64,000 nt of DNA, from positions 3,534,001-3,598,000 of the forward strand of contig OZ059894.1 of NCBI GenBank assembly GCA_964057225.1, in the 5' to 3' direction. Origin of the DNA: Auanema rhodensis. Its lineage: Eukaryota; Animalia; Nematoda. Shown here piece after piece: positions 15,001-30,000 of the stretch. Every line of letters starts with the position of its first letter. Position 1 is the stretch's first letter. Under the pieces are notes generated by a model. It made no database searches. It was not told the DNA's origin and saw only the letters and a list, made by a program, of their open reading frames with translations. A program made the position numbers and the translations under genes.

Positions 15001-18000
15001 CACGTAAATTTCAAAGTCATGGTTACCATGCACCAATATCAATAAAAATTTGTTTTTAGACTAATATGGACATGGGGAATCTAATTTTGAAAACCGCATC
15101 CCTTTATCTTTCACGTGAAGCGAGTTACATACCAAGTGCACATCACGTGTACAGTTAATAAGCATAAATTAAAGTTCACGTAAATTTCAAAGTCATGGTT
15201 ACCATGCACCAATATCAATAAAAATTCGTTTTTAGACTAATATGGACATGAGGAATCTAATTTTGAAAACCGCATCTCTTCATCTTTCACGTGAAGCGAG
15301 TTACATACCAAGTGCACATCATGTGTACACTTAATTAGCATAAATTAAAGTTCACGTAAATTTCAAAGTCATGGTTACCATGCACCAATATTAATAAAAA
15401 TTTGTTTTTGGACTAATATGGACATGGGGAATCTAATTTTGAAAACCGCATCTCTTTATCTTTGACGTGAAGCGAGTTACATACCAAGTGCACATCATGT
15501 GTACACTTAATTAGCATAAATTAAAGTTCACGTAAATTTCAAAGTCATGGTTACCATCCACCAATATCAACAAAAATGTGTTTTTAGACTAATATGGACA
15601 TGGGGAATCTAATTTCGAAAAGCGCATCTCTTCATCTTTCACGTGAAGCGAGTTACATACCAAGTGCACATCATGTGTACACTTAATTAGCATAAATTAA
15701 AGTTCACGTAAATTTCAAAGTCATGGTTACCATGCACCAATATCAATAAAAATTCGTTTTTAGACTAATATGGACATGAGGAATCTAATTTTTTTGAAAA
15801 CCGCATCTCTTCATCTTTCACGTGAAGCAAGTTACATACCAAGTGCACATCATGTGTACACTCAATTAGCATAAATTAAAGTTCACGTAAATTTCAAAGT
15901 CATGGTTACCATGCACCAATATTAATAAAAATTTGTTTTTAGACTAATATGGACATGGGGAATCTAATTTTGAAAACCGCATCTCTTTATCTTTGACGTA
16001 AAGCGAGTTACATACCAAGTGCACATCATGTGTACACTTAATTAGCATAAATTAAAGTTCACGTAAATTTTAAAGTCATGGTTGCCATGCACCAATATCA
16101 ATAAAAATTTGTTTTTAGACTAACATGGAAATGGGGAATCTAATTTTGAAAACCGCATCTCTTCATCTTTCACGTGAAGCGAGTTACATACCAAGTGCAC
16201 ATCATGTGTACACTTAATTAGCATAAATTAAAGTTCACGTAAATTTCAAAGTCATGGTTACCATGCACCAATATCAATAAAAATTTGTTTTTAGACTAAT
16301 ATGGACATGGGGAATCTAATTTTGAAAACCGCATCCCTTTATCTTTCACGTGAAGCGAGTTACATACCAAGTGCACATCATGTGTACACTTAATTAGCAT
16401 AAATTAAAGTTCACGTAAATTTCAAAGTCATGGTTACCATGCACCAATATCAATAAAAATTTGTTTTTAGACTAATATGGACATGGGGAATCTAATTTTG
16501 AAAACCGCATCTCTTTATCTTTGACGTAAAGCGAGTTACATACCAAGTGCACATCATGTGTACACTTAATTAGCATAAATTAAAGTTCACGTAAATTTCA
16601 AAGTCATGGTTACCATGCACCAATATTAATAAAAATTTGTTTTTAGACTAATATGGACATGGGGAATCTAATTTTGAAAACCGCATCCCTTTATCTTTCA
16701 CGTGAAGCGAGTTACATACCAAGTGCACATCACGTGTACATTTAATTAGCATAAATTAAAGTTCACGTAAATTTCAAAGTCATGGTTACCATCCACCAAT
16801 ATCAACAAAAATGTGTTTTTAGACTAATATGGACATGGGGAATCTAATTTCGAAAAGCGCATCTCTTCATCTTTCAAGTGAAGCGAGTTACATACCAAGT
16901 GCACATCATGTGTACACTTAATTAGCATAAATTAAAGTTCACGTAAATTTCAAAGTCATGGTTACCATCCACCAATATCAACAAAAATGTGTTTTTAGAC
17001 TAATATGGACATGGGGAATCTAATTTCGAAAAGCGCATCTCTTCATCTTTCACGTGAAGCGAGTTACATACCAAGTGCACATCATGTGTACACTTAATTA
17101 GCATAAATTAAAGTTCACGTAAATTTCAAAGTCATGGTTACCATGCACCAATATCAATAAAAATTTTTTTTTAGACTAATATGGACATGGGGAATCTAAT
17201 TTTGAAAACCGCATCCCTTTATCTTTCACGTGAAGCGAGTTACATACCAAGTGCACATCACGTGTACACTTAATAAGCATAAATTAAAGTTCACGTAAAT
17301 TTCAAAGTCATGGTTACCATGCACCAATATCAATAAAAATTCGTTTTTAGACTAATATGGACATGAGGAATCTAATTTTTTTGAAAACCGCATCTCTTCA
17401 TCTTTCACGTGAAGCGAGTTACATACCAAGTGCACATCATGTGTACACTCAATTAGCATAAATTAAAGTTCACGTAAATTTCAAAGTCATGGTTACCATG
17501 CACCAATATTAATAAAAATTTGTTTTTAGACTAATATGGACATGGGGAATCTAATTTTGAAAACCGCATCTCTTTATCTTTGACGTAAAGCGAGTTACAT
17601 ACCAAGTGCACATCATGTGTACACTTAATTAGCATAAATTAAAGTTCACGTAAATTTCAAAGTCATGGTTACCATGCACCAATATTAATAAAAATTTGTT
17701 TTTAGACTAATATGGACATGAGGAATCTAATTTTTTTGAAAACCGCATCTCTTAATCTTTCACGTGAAGCGAGTTACATACCAAGTGCACATCATGTGTA
17801 CACTTAATTAGCATAAATTAAAGTTCACGTAAATTTTAAAGTCATGGTTGCCATGCACCAATATCAATAAAAATTTGTTTTTAGACTAATATGGAAATGG
17901 GGAATCTATTTTGAAAACCGCATCTCTTAATCTTTCACGTGAAGCGAGTTACATACCAAGTGCACATCACGTGTACACTTAATAAGCATAAATTAAAGTT

Positions 18001-21000
18001 CACGTAAATTTCAAAGTCATGGTTACCATGCACCAATATCAATAAAAATTCGTTTTTAGACTAATATGGACATGAGGAATCTAATTTTGAAAACCGCATC
18101 TCTTCATCTTTCACGTGAAGCGAGTTACATACCAAGTGCACATCATGTGTACACTTAATTAGCATAAATTAAAGTTCACGTAAATTTCAAAGTCATGGTT
18201 ACCATGCACCAATATTAATAAAAATTTGTTTTTAGACTAATATGGACATGGGGAATCTAATTTTGAAAACCGCATCTCTTTATCTTTGACGTGAAGCGAG
18301 TTACATACCAAGTGCACATCATGTGTACACTTAATTAGCATAAATTAAAGTTCACGTAAATTTCAAAGTCATGGTTACCATCCACCAATATCAACAAAAA
18401 TGTGTTTTTAGACTAATATGGACATGGGGAATCTAATTTCGAAAAGCGCATCTCTTCATCTTTCACGTGAAGCGAGTTACATACCAAGTGCACATCATGT
18501 GTACACTTAATTAGCATAAATTAAAGTTCACGTAAATTTCAAAGTCATGGTTACCATGCACCAATATCAATAAAAATTTTTTTTTAGACTAATATGGACA
18601 TGGGGAATCTAATTTTGAAAACCGCATCCCTTTATCTTTCACGTGAAGCGAGTTACATACCAAGTGCACATCACGTGTACACTTAATAAGCATAAATTAA
18701 AGTTCACGTAAATTTCAAAGTCATGGTTACCATGCACCAATATCAATAAAAATTCGTTTTTAGACTAATATGGACATGAGGAATCTAATTTTTTTGAAAA
18801 CCGCATCTCTTCAACTTTCACGTGAAGCAAGTTACATACCAAGTGCACATCATGTGTACACTCAATTAGCATAAATTAAAGTTCACGTAAATTTCAAAGT
18901 CATGGTTACCATGCACCAATATTAATAAAAATTTGTTTTTAGACTAATATGGACATGGGGAATCTAATTTTGAAAACCGCATCTCTTTATCTTTGACGTA
19001 AAGCGAGTTACATACCAAGTGCACATCATGTGTACACTTAATTAGCATAAATTAAAGTTCACGTAAATTTTAAAGTCATGGTTGCCATGCACCAATATCA
19101 ATAAAAATTTGTTTTTAGACTAACATGGAAATGGGGAATCTAATTTTGAAAACCGCATCTCTTCATCTTTCACGTGAAGCGAGTTACATACCAAGTGCAC
19201 ATCATGTGTACACTTAATTAGCATAAATTAAAGTTCAAGTAAATTTCAAAGTCATGGTTACCATGCACCAATATCAATAAAAATTTGTTTTTAGACTAAT
19301 ATGGACATGGGGAATCTAATTTTGAAAACCGCATCCCTTTATCTTTCACGTGAAGCGAGTTACATACCAAGTGCACATCATGTGTACACTTAATTAGCAT
19401 AAATTAAAGTTCACGTAAATTTCAAAGTCATGGTTACCATGCACCAATATCAATAAAAACTTGTTTTTAGACTAATATGGACATGGGGAATCTAATTTTA
19501 AAAACCGCATCTCTTTATCTTTGACGTAAAGCGAGTTACATACCAAGTGCACATCATGTGTACACTTAATTAGCATAAATTAAAGTTCACGTAAATTTCA
19601 AAGTCATGGTTACCATGCACCAATATCAATAAAACTTTTTTTTTAGACTAATATGGACATGGGGAATCTAATTTTGAAAACCGCATCCCTTTATCTTTCA
19701 CGTGAAGCGAGTTACATACCAAGTGCACATCATGTGTACACTTAATTAGCATAAATTAAAGTTCACGTAAATTTCAAAGTCATGGTTACCATGCACCAAT
19801 ATCAATAAAAACTTGTTTTTAGACTAATATGGACATGGGGAATCTAATTTTAAAAACCGCATCTCTTTATCTTTGACGTAAAGCGAGTTACATACCAAGT
19901 GCACATCATGTGTACACTTAATTAGCATAAATTAAAGTTCACGTAAATTTCAAATTCATGGTTACCATGCACCAATATCAATAAAAATTTTTTTTTAGAC
20001 TAATATGGACATGGGGAATCTAATTTTGAAAACCGCATCCCTTTATCTTTCACGTGAAGCGAGTTACATACCAAGTGCACATCACGTGTACACTTAATAA
20101 GCATAAATTAAAGTTCACGTAAATTTCAAAGTCATGGTTACCATGCACCAATATCAATAAAAATTCGTTTTTAGACTAATATGGACATGAGGAATCTAAT
20201 TTTTTTGAAAACCGCATCTCTTCATCTTTCACGTGAAGCAAGTTACATACCAAGTGCACATCATGTGTACACTCAATTAGCATAAATTAAAGTTCACGTA
20301 AATTTCAAAGTCATGGTTACCATGCACCAATATTAATAAAAATTTGTTTTTAGACTAATATGGACATGGGGAATCTAATTTTGAAAACCGCATCTCTTTA
20401 TCTTTGACGTAAAGCGAGTTACATACCAAGTGCACATCATGTGTACACTTAATTAGCATAAATTAAAGTTCACGTAAATTTTAAAGTCATGGTTGCCATG
20501 CACCAATATCAATAAAAATTTGTTTTTAGACTAACATGGAAATGGGGAATCTAATTTTGAAAACCGCATCTCTTCATCTTTCACGTGAAGCGAGTTACAT
20601 ACCAAGTGCACATCATGTGTACACTTAATTAGCATAAATTAAAGTTCACGTAAATTTCAAAGTCATGGTTACCATGCACCAATATCAATAAAAATTTGTT
20701 TTTAGACTAATATGGACATGGGGAATCTAATTTTGAAAACCGCATCCCTTTATCTTTCACGTGAAGCGAGTTACATACCAAGTGCACATCATGTGTACAC
20801 TTAATTAGCATAAATTAAAGTTCACGTAAATTTCAAAGTCATGGTTACCATGCACCAATATTAATAAAAATTTGTTTTTAGACTAATATGGACATGGGGA
20901 ATCTAATTTTGAAAACCGCATCTCTTTATCTTTGACGTGAATCGAGTTACATACCAAGTGCACATCATGTGTACACTTAATTAGCATAAATTAAAGTTCA

Positions 21001-24000
21001 CGTAAATTTCAAAGTCATGGTTACCATGCACCAATATCAATAAAAATTTGTTTTTAGACTAATATGGACATGGGGAATCTAATTTTGAAAACCGCATCTC
21101 TTTATCTTTCACGTGAAGCGAGTTACATACCAAGTGCACATCATGTGTACACTTAATTAGCATAAATTAAAGTTCACGTAAATTTTAAAGTCATGGTTGC
21201 CATGCACCAATATCAATAAAAATTTGTTTTTAGACTAATTTGGAAATGGGGAATCTATTTTGAAAACCGCATCTCTTCATCTTTCACGTGAAGCGAGTTA
21301 CATACCAAGTGCACATCACGTGTACACTTAATTAGCATAAATTGAAGTTCACGTAAATTTCAAAGTCATGGTTACCATTCACCAATATTAATAAAAATTT
21401 GTTTTTAGACTAATATAGAAATGGGGAATCTAATTTTGAAAACCGCATCTCTTCATCTTTCACGTGAAGCGAGTTACATACCAAGTGCACATCATGTGTA
21501 CACTTAATTAGCATAAATTAAAGTTCACGTAAATTTCAAAGTCATGGTTACCATGCACCAATATCAATAAAAATTTGTTTTTAGACTAATATGGACATGA
21601 GGAATCTAATTTTGAAAACCGCATCTCTTCATCTTTCACGTGAAGCGAGTTACATACCAAGTGCACATCATGTGTACACTTAATTAGCATAAATTAAAGT
21701 TCACGTAAATTTCAAAGTCATGGTTACCATGCACCAATATTAATAAAAATTTGTTTTTAGACTAATATGGACATGGGGAATCTAATTTTGAAAACCGCAT
21801 CTCTTTATCTTTGACGTGAATCGAGTTACATACCAAGTGCACATCATGTGTACACTTAATTAGCATAAATTAAAGTTCACGTAAATTTCAAAGTCATGGT
21901 TACCATGCACCAATATCAATAAAAATTTGTTTTTAGACTAACATGGACATGGGGAATCTAATTTTGAAAACCGCATCTCTTTATCTTTCACGTGAAGCGA
22001 GTTACATACCAAGTGCACATCACGTGTACATTTAATTAGCATAAATTAAAGTTCACGTAAATTTCAAAGTCATGGTTACCATCCACCAATATCAACAAAA
22101 ATGTGTTTTTAGACTAATATGGACATGGGGAATCTAATTTCGAAAAGCGCATCTCTTCATCTTTCACGTGAAGCGAGTTACATACCAAGTGCACATCACG
22201 TGTACACTTAATAAGCATAAATTAAAGTTCACGTAAGTTTCAAAGTCATGGTTACCATGCACCAATATCAATAAAAATTCGTTTTTAGACTAATATGGAC
22301 ATGAGGAATCTAATTTTTTTGAAAACCGCATCTCTTCATCTTTCACGTGAAGCGAGTTACATACCAAGTGCACATCATGTGTACACTCAATTAGCATAAA
22401 TTAAAGTTCACGTAAATTTCAAAGTCATGGTTACCATGCACCAATATTAATAAAAATTTGTTTTTAGACTAATATGGACATGGGGAATCTAATTTTGAAA
22501 ACCGCATCTCTTTATCTTTGACGTGAAGCGAGTTACATACCAAGTGCACATCACGTGTACACTTAATAAGCATAAATTAAAGTTCACGTAAATTTCAAAG
22601 TCATGGTTACCATGCACCAATATCAATAAAAATTTGTTTTTAGACTAACATGGACATGGGGAATCTAATTTTGAAAACCGCATCTCTTTATCTTTCACGT
22701 GAAGCGAGTTACATACCAAGTGCACATCACGTGTACACTTAATAAGCATAAATTAAAGTTCACGTAAATTTCAAAGTCATGGTTACCATGCACCAATATC
22801 AATAAAAATTTGTTTTTAGACTAATTTGGAAATGAAGAATCTATTTTGAAAACCGCATCTCTTCATCTTTCACGTGAAGCGAGTTACATACCAAGTGCAC
22901 ATCACGTGTACACTTAATAAGCATAAATTAAAGTTCACGTAAATTTCAAAGTCATGGTTACCATGCACCAATATCAATAAAAATTTGTTTTTAGACTAAT
23001 TTGGAAATGGGGAATCTATTTTGAAAACCGCATCTCTTCATCTTTCACGTGAAGCGAGTTACATACCAAGTGCACATCACGTGTACACTTAATTAGCATA
23101 AATTGAAGTTCACGTAAATTTCAAAGTCATGGTTACCATGCACCAATATCAATAAAAATTTTTTTTTAGACTAATATGGACATGGGGAATCTAATTTTGA
23201 AAACCGCATCCCTTTATCTTTCACGTGAAGCGAGTTACATACCAAGTGCACATCACGTGTACACTTAATAAGCATAAATTAAAGTTCACGTAAGTTTCAA
23301 AGTCATGGTTACCATGCACCAATATCAATAAAAATTCGTTTTTAGACTAATATGGACATGAGGAATCTAATTTTTTTGAAAACCGCATCTCTTCATCTTT
23401 CACGTGAAGCGAGTTACATACCAAGTGCACATCATGTGTACACTCAATTAGCATAAATTAAAGTTCACGTAAATTTCAAAGTCATGGTTACCATGCACCA
23501 ATATCAATAAAAATTTGTTTTTAGACTAATATGGACATGGGGAATCTAATTTTGAAAACCGCATCTCTTTATCTTTGACGTGAAGCGAGTTACATACCAA
23601 GTGCACATCACGTGTACACTTAATAAGCATAAATTAAAGTTCACGTAAATTTCAAAGTCATGGTTACCATGCACCAATATCAATAAAAATTTGTTTTTAG
23701 ACTAATTTGGAAATAGGGAATCTATTTTGAAAACCGCATCTCTTCATCTTTCACGTGAAGCGAGTTACATACCAAGTGCACATCACGTGTACACTTAATT
23801 AGCATAAATTAAAGTTCACGTAAATTTCAAAGTCATGGTTACCATGCACCAATATCAATAAAAATTTGTTTTTAGACTAATTTGGAAATGGGGAATCTAT
23901 TTTGAAAACCGCATCTCTTCATCTTTCACGTGAAGCGAGTTACATACCAAGTGCACATCACGTGTACACTTAATTAGCATAAATTGAAGTTCACGTAAAT

Positions 24001-27000
24001 TTCAAAGTCATGGTTACCATGCACCAATATCAATAAAAATTTTTTTTTAGACTAATATGGACATGGGGAATCTAATTTTGAAAACCGCATCCCTTTATCT
24101 TTCACGTGAAGCGAGTTACATACCAAGTGCACATCACGTGTACACTTAATAAGCATAAATTAAAGTTCACGTAAGTTTCAAAGTCATGGTTACCATGCAC
24201 CAATATCAATAAAAATTTTTTTTTAGACTAATATGGACATGGGGAATCTAATTTTGAAAACCGCATCCCTTTATCTTTCACGTGAAGCGAGTTACATACC
24301 AAGTGCACATCACGTGTACACTTAATAAGCATAAATTAAAGTTCACGTAAGTTTCAAAGTCATGGTTACCATGCACCAATATCAATAAAAATTCGTTTTT
24401 AGACTAATATGGACATGAGGAATCTAATTTTTTTGAAAACCGCATCTCTTCATCTTTCACGTGAAGCGAGTTACATACCAAGTGCACATCATGTGTACAC
24501 TCAATTAGCATAAATTAAAGTTCACGTAAATTTCAAAGTCATGGTTACCATGCACCAATATCAATAAAAATTTGTTTTTAGACTAATATGGACATGGGGA
24601 ATCTAATTTTGAAAACCGCATCTCTTTATCTTTGACGTGAAGCGAGTTACATACCAAGTGCACATCACGTGTACACTTAATAAGCATAAATTAAAGTTCA
24701 CGTAAATTTCAAAGTCATGGTTACCATGCACCAATATCAATAAAAATTTGTTTTTAGACTAATTTGGAAATGGGGAATCTATTTTGAAAACCGCATCTCT
24801 TCATCTTTCACGTGAAGCGAGTTACATACCAAGTGCACATCACGTGTACACTTAATTAGCATAAATTGAAGTTCACGTAAATTTCAAAGTCATGGTTACC
24901 ATGCACCAATATCAATAAAAATTTGTTTTTAGACTAATATGGAAATGGGGAATCTAATTTTGAAAACCGCATCTCTTCATCTTTCACGTGAAGCGAGTTA
25001 CATACCAAGTGCACATCATGTGTACACTTAATTAGCATAAATTGAAGTTCACGTAAATTTCAAAGTCATGGTTACCATGCACCAATATCAATAAAAATTT
25101 TTTTTTAGACTAATATGGAAATGGGGAATCTAATTTTGAAAACCGCATCTCTTCATCTTTCACGTGAAGCAAGTTACATACCAAGTGCACATCATGTGTA
25201 CACTCAATTAGCATAAATTAAAGTTCACGTAAATTTCAAAGTCATGGTTACCATGCACCAATATTAATAAAAATTTGTTTTTAGACTAATATGGACATGG
25301 GGAATCTAATTTTGAAAACCGCATCTCTTCATCTTTTACGTGAAGCAAGTTACATACCAAGTGCACATCATGTGTACACTTAATTAGCATAAATTAAAGT
25401 TCACGTAAATTTCAAAGTCATGGTTACCATCCACCAATATCAACAAAAATTTGTTTTTAGACTAATATGGACATGGGGAATCTAATTTTGAAAACCGCAT
25501 CTCTTCATCTTTTACGTGAAGCGAGTTACATACCAAGTGCACATCATGTGTACACTTAATTAGCATAAATTAAAGTTCACGTAAATTTTAAAGTCATGGT
25601 TACCATGCACCAATATCAATAAAAATTTGTTTTTAGAGTAATATGGACATGGGGAATCTAATTTTGAAAACCGCATCCCTTTATCTTTCACGTGAAGCAA
25701 GTTACATACCGAGTGCACATCACGTGTACACTTAATTAGCATAAATTAAAGTTCACTTAAATTTCAAAGTCATGGTTACCATCCACCAATATCAACAAAA
25801 ATTTGTTTTTAGACTAATATGGACATGGGGAATCTAATTTTGAAAACCGCATCTCTTCATCTTTTACGTGAAGCGAGTTACATACCAAGTGCACATCACG
25901 TGTACACTTAATTAGCATAAATTAAAGTTCACGTAAATTTCAAAGTCATGGTTACCATGCACCAATATCAATAAAAATTTTTTTTTAGACTAATATGGTC
26001 ATGGGGAATCTAATTTTGAAAACCGCATCCCTTTATCTTTCACGTGAAGCGAGTTACATACCAAGTGCACATCACGTGTACACTTAATAAGCATAAATTA
26101 AAGTTCACGTAAGTTTCAAAGTCATGGTTACCATGCACCAATATCAATAAAAATTCGTTTTTAGACTAATTTGGAAATGGGGAATCTATTTTGAAAACCG
26201 CATCTCTTCATCTTTCACGTGAAGCGAGTTACATACCAAGTGCACATCATGTGTACACTCAATTAGCATAAATTAAAGTTCACGTAAATTTCAAAGTCAT
26301 GGTTACCATGCACCAATATCAATAAAAATTTGTTTTTAGACTAATATGGACATGGGGAATCTAATTTTGAAAACCGCATCTCTTTATCTTTGACGTGAAG
26401 CGAGTTACATACCAAGTGCACATCACGTGTACACTTAATAAGCATAAATTAAAGTTCACGTAAATTTCAAAGTCATGGTTACCATGCACCAATATCAATA
26501 AAAATTTGTTTTTAGACTAATTTGGAAATGGGGAATCTATTTTGAAAACCGCATCTCTTCATCTTTCACGTGAAGCGAGTTACATACCAAGTGCACATCA
26601 CGTGTACACTTAATTAGCATAAATTAAAGTTCACGTAAATTTCAAAGTCATGGTTACCATGCACCAATATCAATAAAAATTTGTTTTTAGACTAATTTGG
26701 AAATGGGGAATCTATTTTGAAAACCGCATCTCTTCATCTTTCACGTGAAGCGAGTTACATACCAAGTGCACATCACGTGTACACTTAATTAGCATAAATT
26801 GAAGTTCACGTAAATTTCAAAGTCATGGTTACCATGCACCAATATCAATAAAAATTTTTTTTTAGACTAATATGGACATGGGGAATCTAATTTTGAAAAC
26901 CGCATCCCTTTATCTTTCACGTGAAGCGAGTTACATACCAAGTGCACATCACGTGTACACTTAATAAGCATAAATTAAAGTTCACGTAAGTTTCAAAGTC

Positions 27001-30000
27001 ATGGTTACCATGCACCAATATCAATAAAAATTCGTTTTTAGACTAATATGGACATGAGGAATCTAATTTTTTTGAAAACCGCATCTCTTCATCTTTCACG
27101 TGAAGCGAGTTACATACCAAGTGCACATCATGTGTACACTCAATTAGCATAAATTAAAGTTCACGTAAATTTCAAAGTCATGGTTACCATGCACCAATAT
27201 CAATAAAAATTTGTTTTTAGACTAATATGGACATGGGGAATCTAATTTTGAAAACCGCATCTCTTTATCTTTGACGTGAAGCGAGTTACATACCAAGTGC
27301 ACATCACGTGTACACTTAATAAGCATAAATTAAAGTTCACGTAAATTTCAAAGTCATGGTTACCATGCACCAATATCAATAAAAATTTGTTTTTAGACTA
27401 ATTTGGAAATGGGGAATCTATTTTGAAAACCGCATCTCTTCATCTTTCACGTGAAGCGAGTTACATACCAAGTGCACATCACGTGTACACTTAATTAGCA
27501 TAAATTGAAGTTCACGTAAATTTCAAAGTCATGGTTACCATGCACCAATATCAATAAAAATTTGTTTTTAGACTAATATGGAAATGGGGAATCTAATTTT
27601 GAAAACCGCATCTCTTCATCTTTCACGTGAAGCGAGTTACATACCAAGTGCACATCATGTGTATACTTAATTAGCATAAATTGAAGTTCACGTAAATTTC
27701 AAAGTCATGGTTACCATGCACCAATATCAATAAAAATTTTTTTTTAGACTAATATGGAAATGGGGAATCTAATTTTGAAAACCGCATCTCTTCATCTTTC
27801 ACGTGAAGCAAGTTACATACCAAGTGCACATCATGTGTACACTCAATTAGCATAAATTAAAGTTCACGTAAATTTCAAAGTCATGGTTACCATGCACCAA
27901 TATTAATAAAAATTTGTTTTTAGACTAATATGGACATGGGGAATCTAATTTTGAAAACCGCATCTCTTCATCTTTTACGTGAAGCAAGTTACATACCAAG
28001 TGCACATCATGTGTACACTTAATTAGCATAAATTAAAGTTCACGTAAATTTCAAAGTCATGGTTACCATCCACCAATATCAACAAAAATTTGTTTTTAGA
28101 CTAATATGGACATGGGGAATCTAATTTTGAAAACCGCATCTCTTCATCTTTTACGTGAAGCGAGTTACATACCAAGTGCACATCATGTGTACACTTAATT
28201 AGCATAAATTAAAGTTCACGTAAATTTTAAAGTCATGGTTACCATGTACCAATATCAATAAAAATTTGTTTTTAGAGTAATATGGACATGGGGAATCTAA
28301 TTTTGAAAACCGCATCCCTTTATCTTTCACGTGAAGCAAGTTACATACCGAGTGCACATCACGTGTACACTTAATTAGCATAAATTAAAGTTCACTTAAA
28401 TTTCAAAGTCATGGTTACCATCCACCAATATCAACAAAAATTTGTTTTTAGACTAATATGGACATGGGGAATCTAATTTTGAAAACCGCATCTCTTCATC
28501 TTTTACGTGAAGCGAGTTACATACCAAGTGCACATCACGTGTACACTTAATTAGCATAAATTAAAGTTCACGTAAATTTCAAAGTCATGGTTACCATGCA
28601 CCAATATCAATAAAAATTTTTTTTTAGACTAATATGGTCATGGGGAATCTAATTTTGAAAACCGCATCCCTTTATCTTTCACGTGAAGCGAGTTACATAC
28701 CAAGTGCACATCACGTGTACACTTAATTAGCATAAATTAAAGTTCACGTAAGTTTCAAAGTCATGGTTACCATGCACCAATATCAATAAAAATTCGTTTT
28801 TAGACTAATATGGACATGAGGAATCTAATTTTTTTGAAAACCGCATCTCTTCATCTTTCACGTGAAGCGAGTTACATACCAAGTGCACATCATGTGTACA
28901 CTCAATTAGCATAAATTAAAGTTCACGTAAATTTCAAAGTCATGGTTACCATGCACCAATATTAATAAAAATTTGTTTTTAGACTAATATGGACATGGGG
29001 AATCTAATTTTGAAAACCGCATCTCTTTATCTTTGACGTGAAGCGAGTTACATACCAAGTGCACATCACGTGTACACTTAATAAGCATAAATTAAAGTTC
29101 ACGTAAATTTCAAAGTCATGGTTACCATGCACCAATATCAATAAAAATTCGTTTTTAGACTAATTTGGAAATGGGGAATCTATTTTGAAAACCGCATCTC
29201 TTCATCTTTCACGTGAAGCGAGTTACATACCAAGTGCACATCACGTGTACACTTAATTAGCATAAATTGAAGTTCACGTAAATTTCAAAGTCATGGTTAC
29301 CATGCACCAATATCAATAAAAATTTGTTTTCAGACTAATATGGAAATGGGGAATCTAATTTTGAAAACCGCATCTCTTCATCTTTTACGTGAAGCGAGTT
29401 ACATACCAAGTGCACATCACGTGTACACTTAATTAGCATAAATTAAAGTTCACGTAAATTTCAAAGTCATGGTTACCATCCACCAATATCAATAAAAATT
29501 TGTTTTTAGACTAATATGGACATGGGGAATCTAATTTTGAAAACCGCATCCCTTTATCTTTCACGTGAAGCAAGTTACATACCAAGTGCACATCATGTGT
29601 ACACTTAATTAGCATAAATTAAAGTTCACGTAAATTTTAAAGTCATGGTTACCATGCACCAATATCAATAAAAATTTGTTTTTAGAGTAATATGGACATG
29701 GGGAATCTAATTTTGAAAACCGCATCCCTTTATCTTTCACGTGAAGCAAGTTACATACCAAGTGCACATCATGTGTACACTTAATTAGCATAAATTAAAG
29801 TTCACGTAAATTTCAAAGTCATGGTTACCATCCACCAATATCAATAAAAATTTGTTTTTAGACTAATATGGACATGGGGAATCTAATTTTGAAAACCGCA
29901 TCCCTTTATCTTTCACGTGAAGCAAGTTAAATACCAAGTGCACATCATGTGTACACTTAATTAGCATAAATTAAAGTTCACGTAAATTTCAAAGTCATGG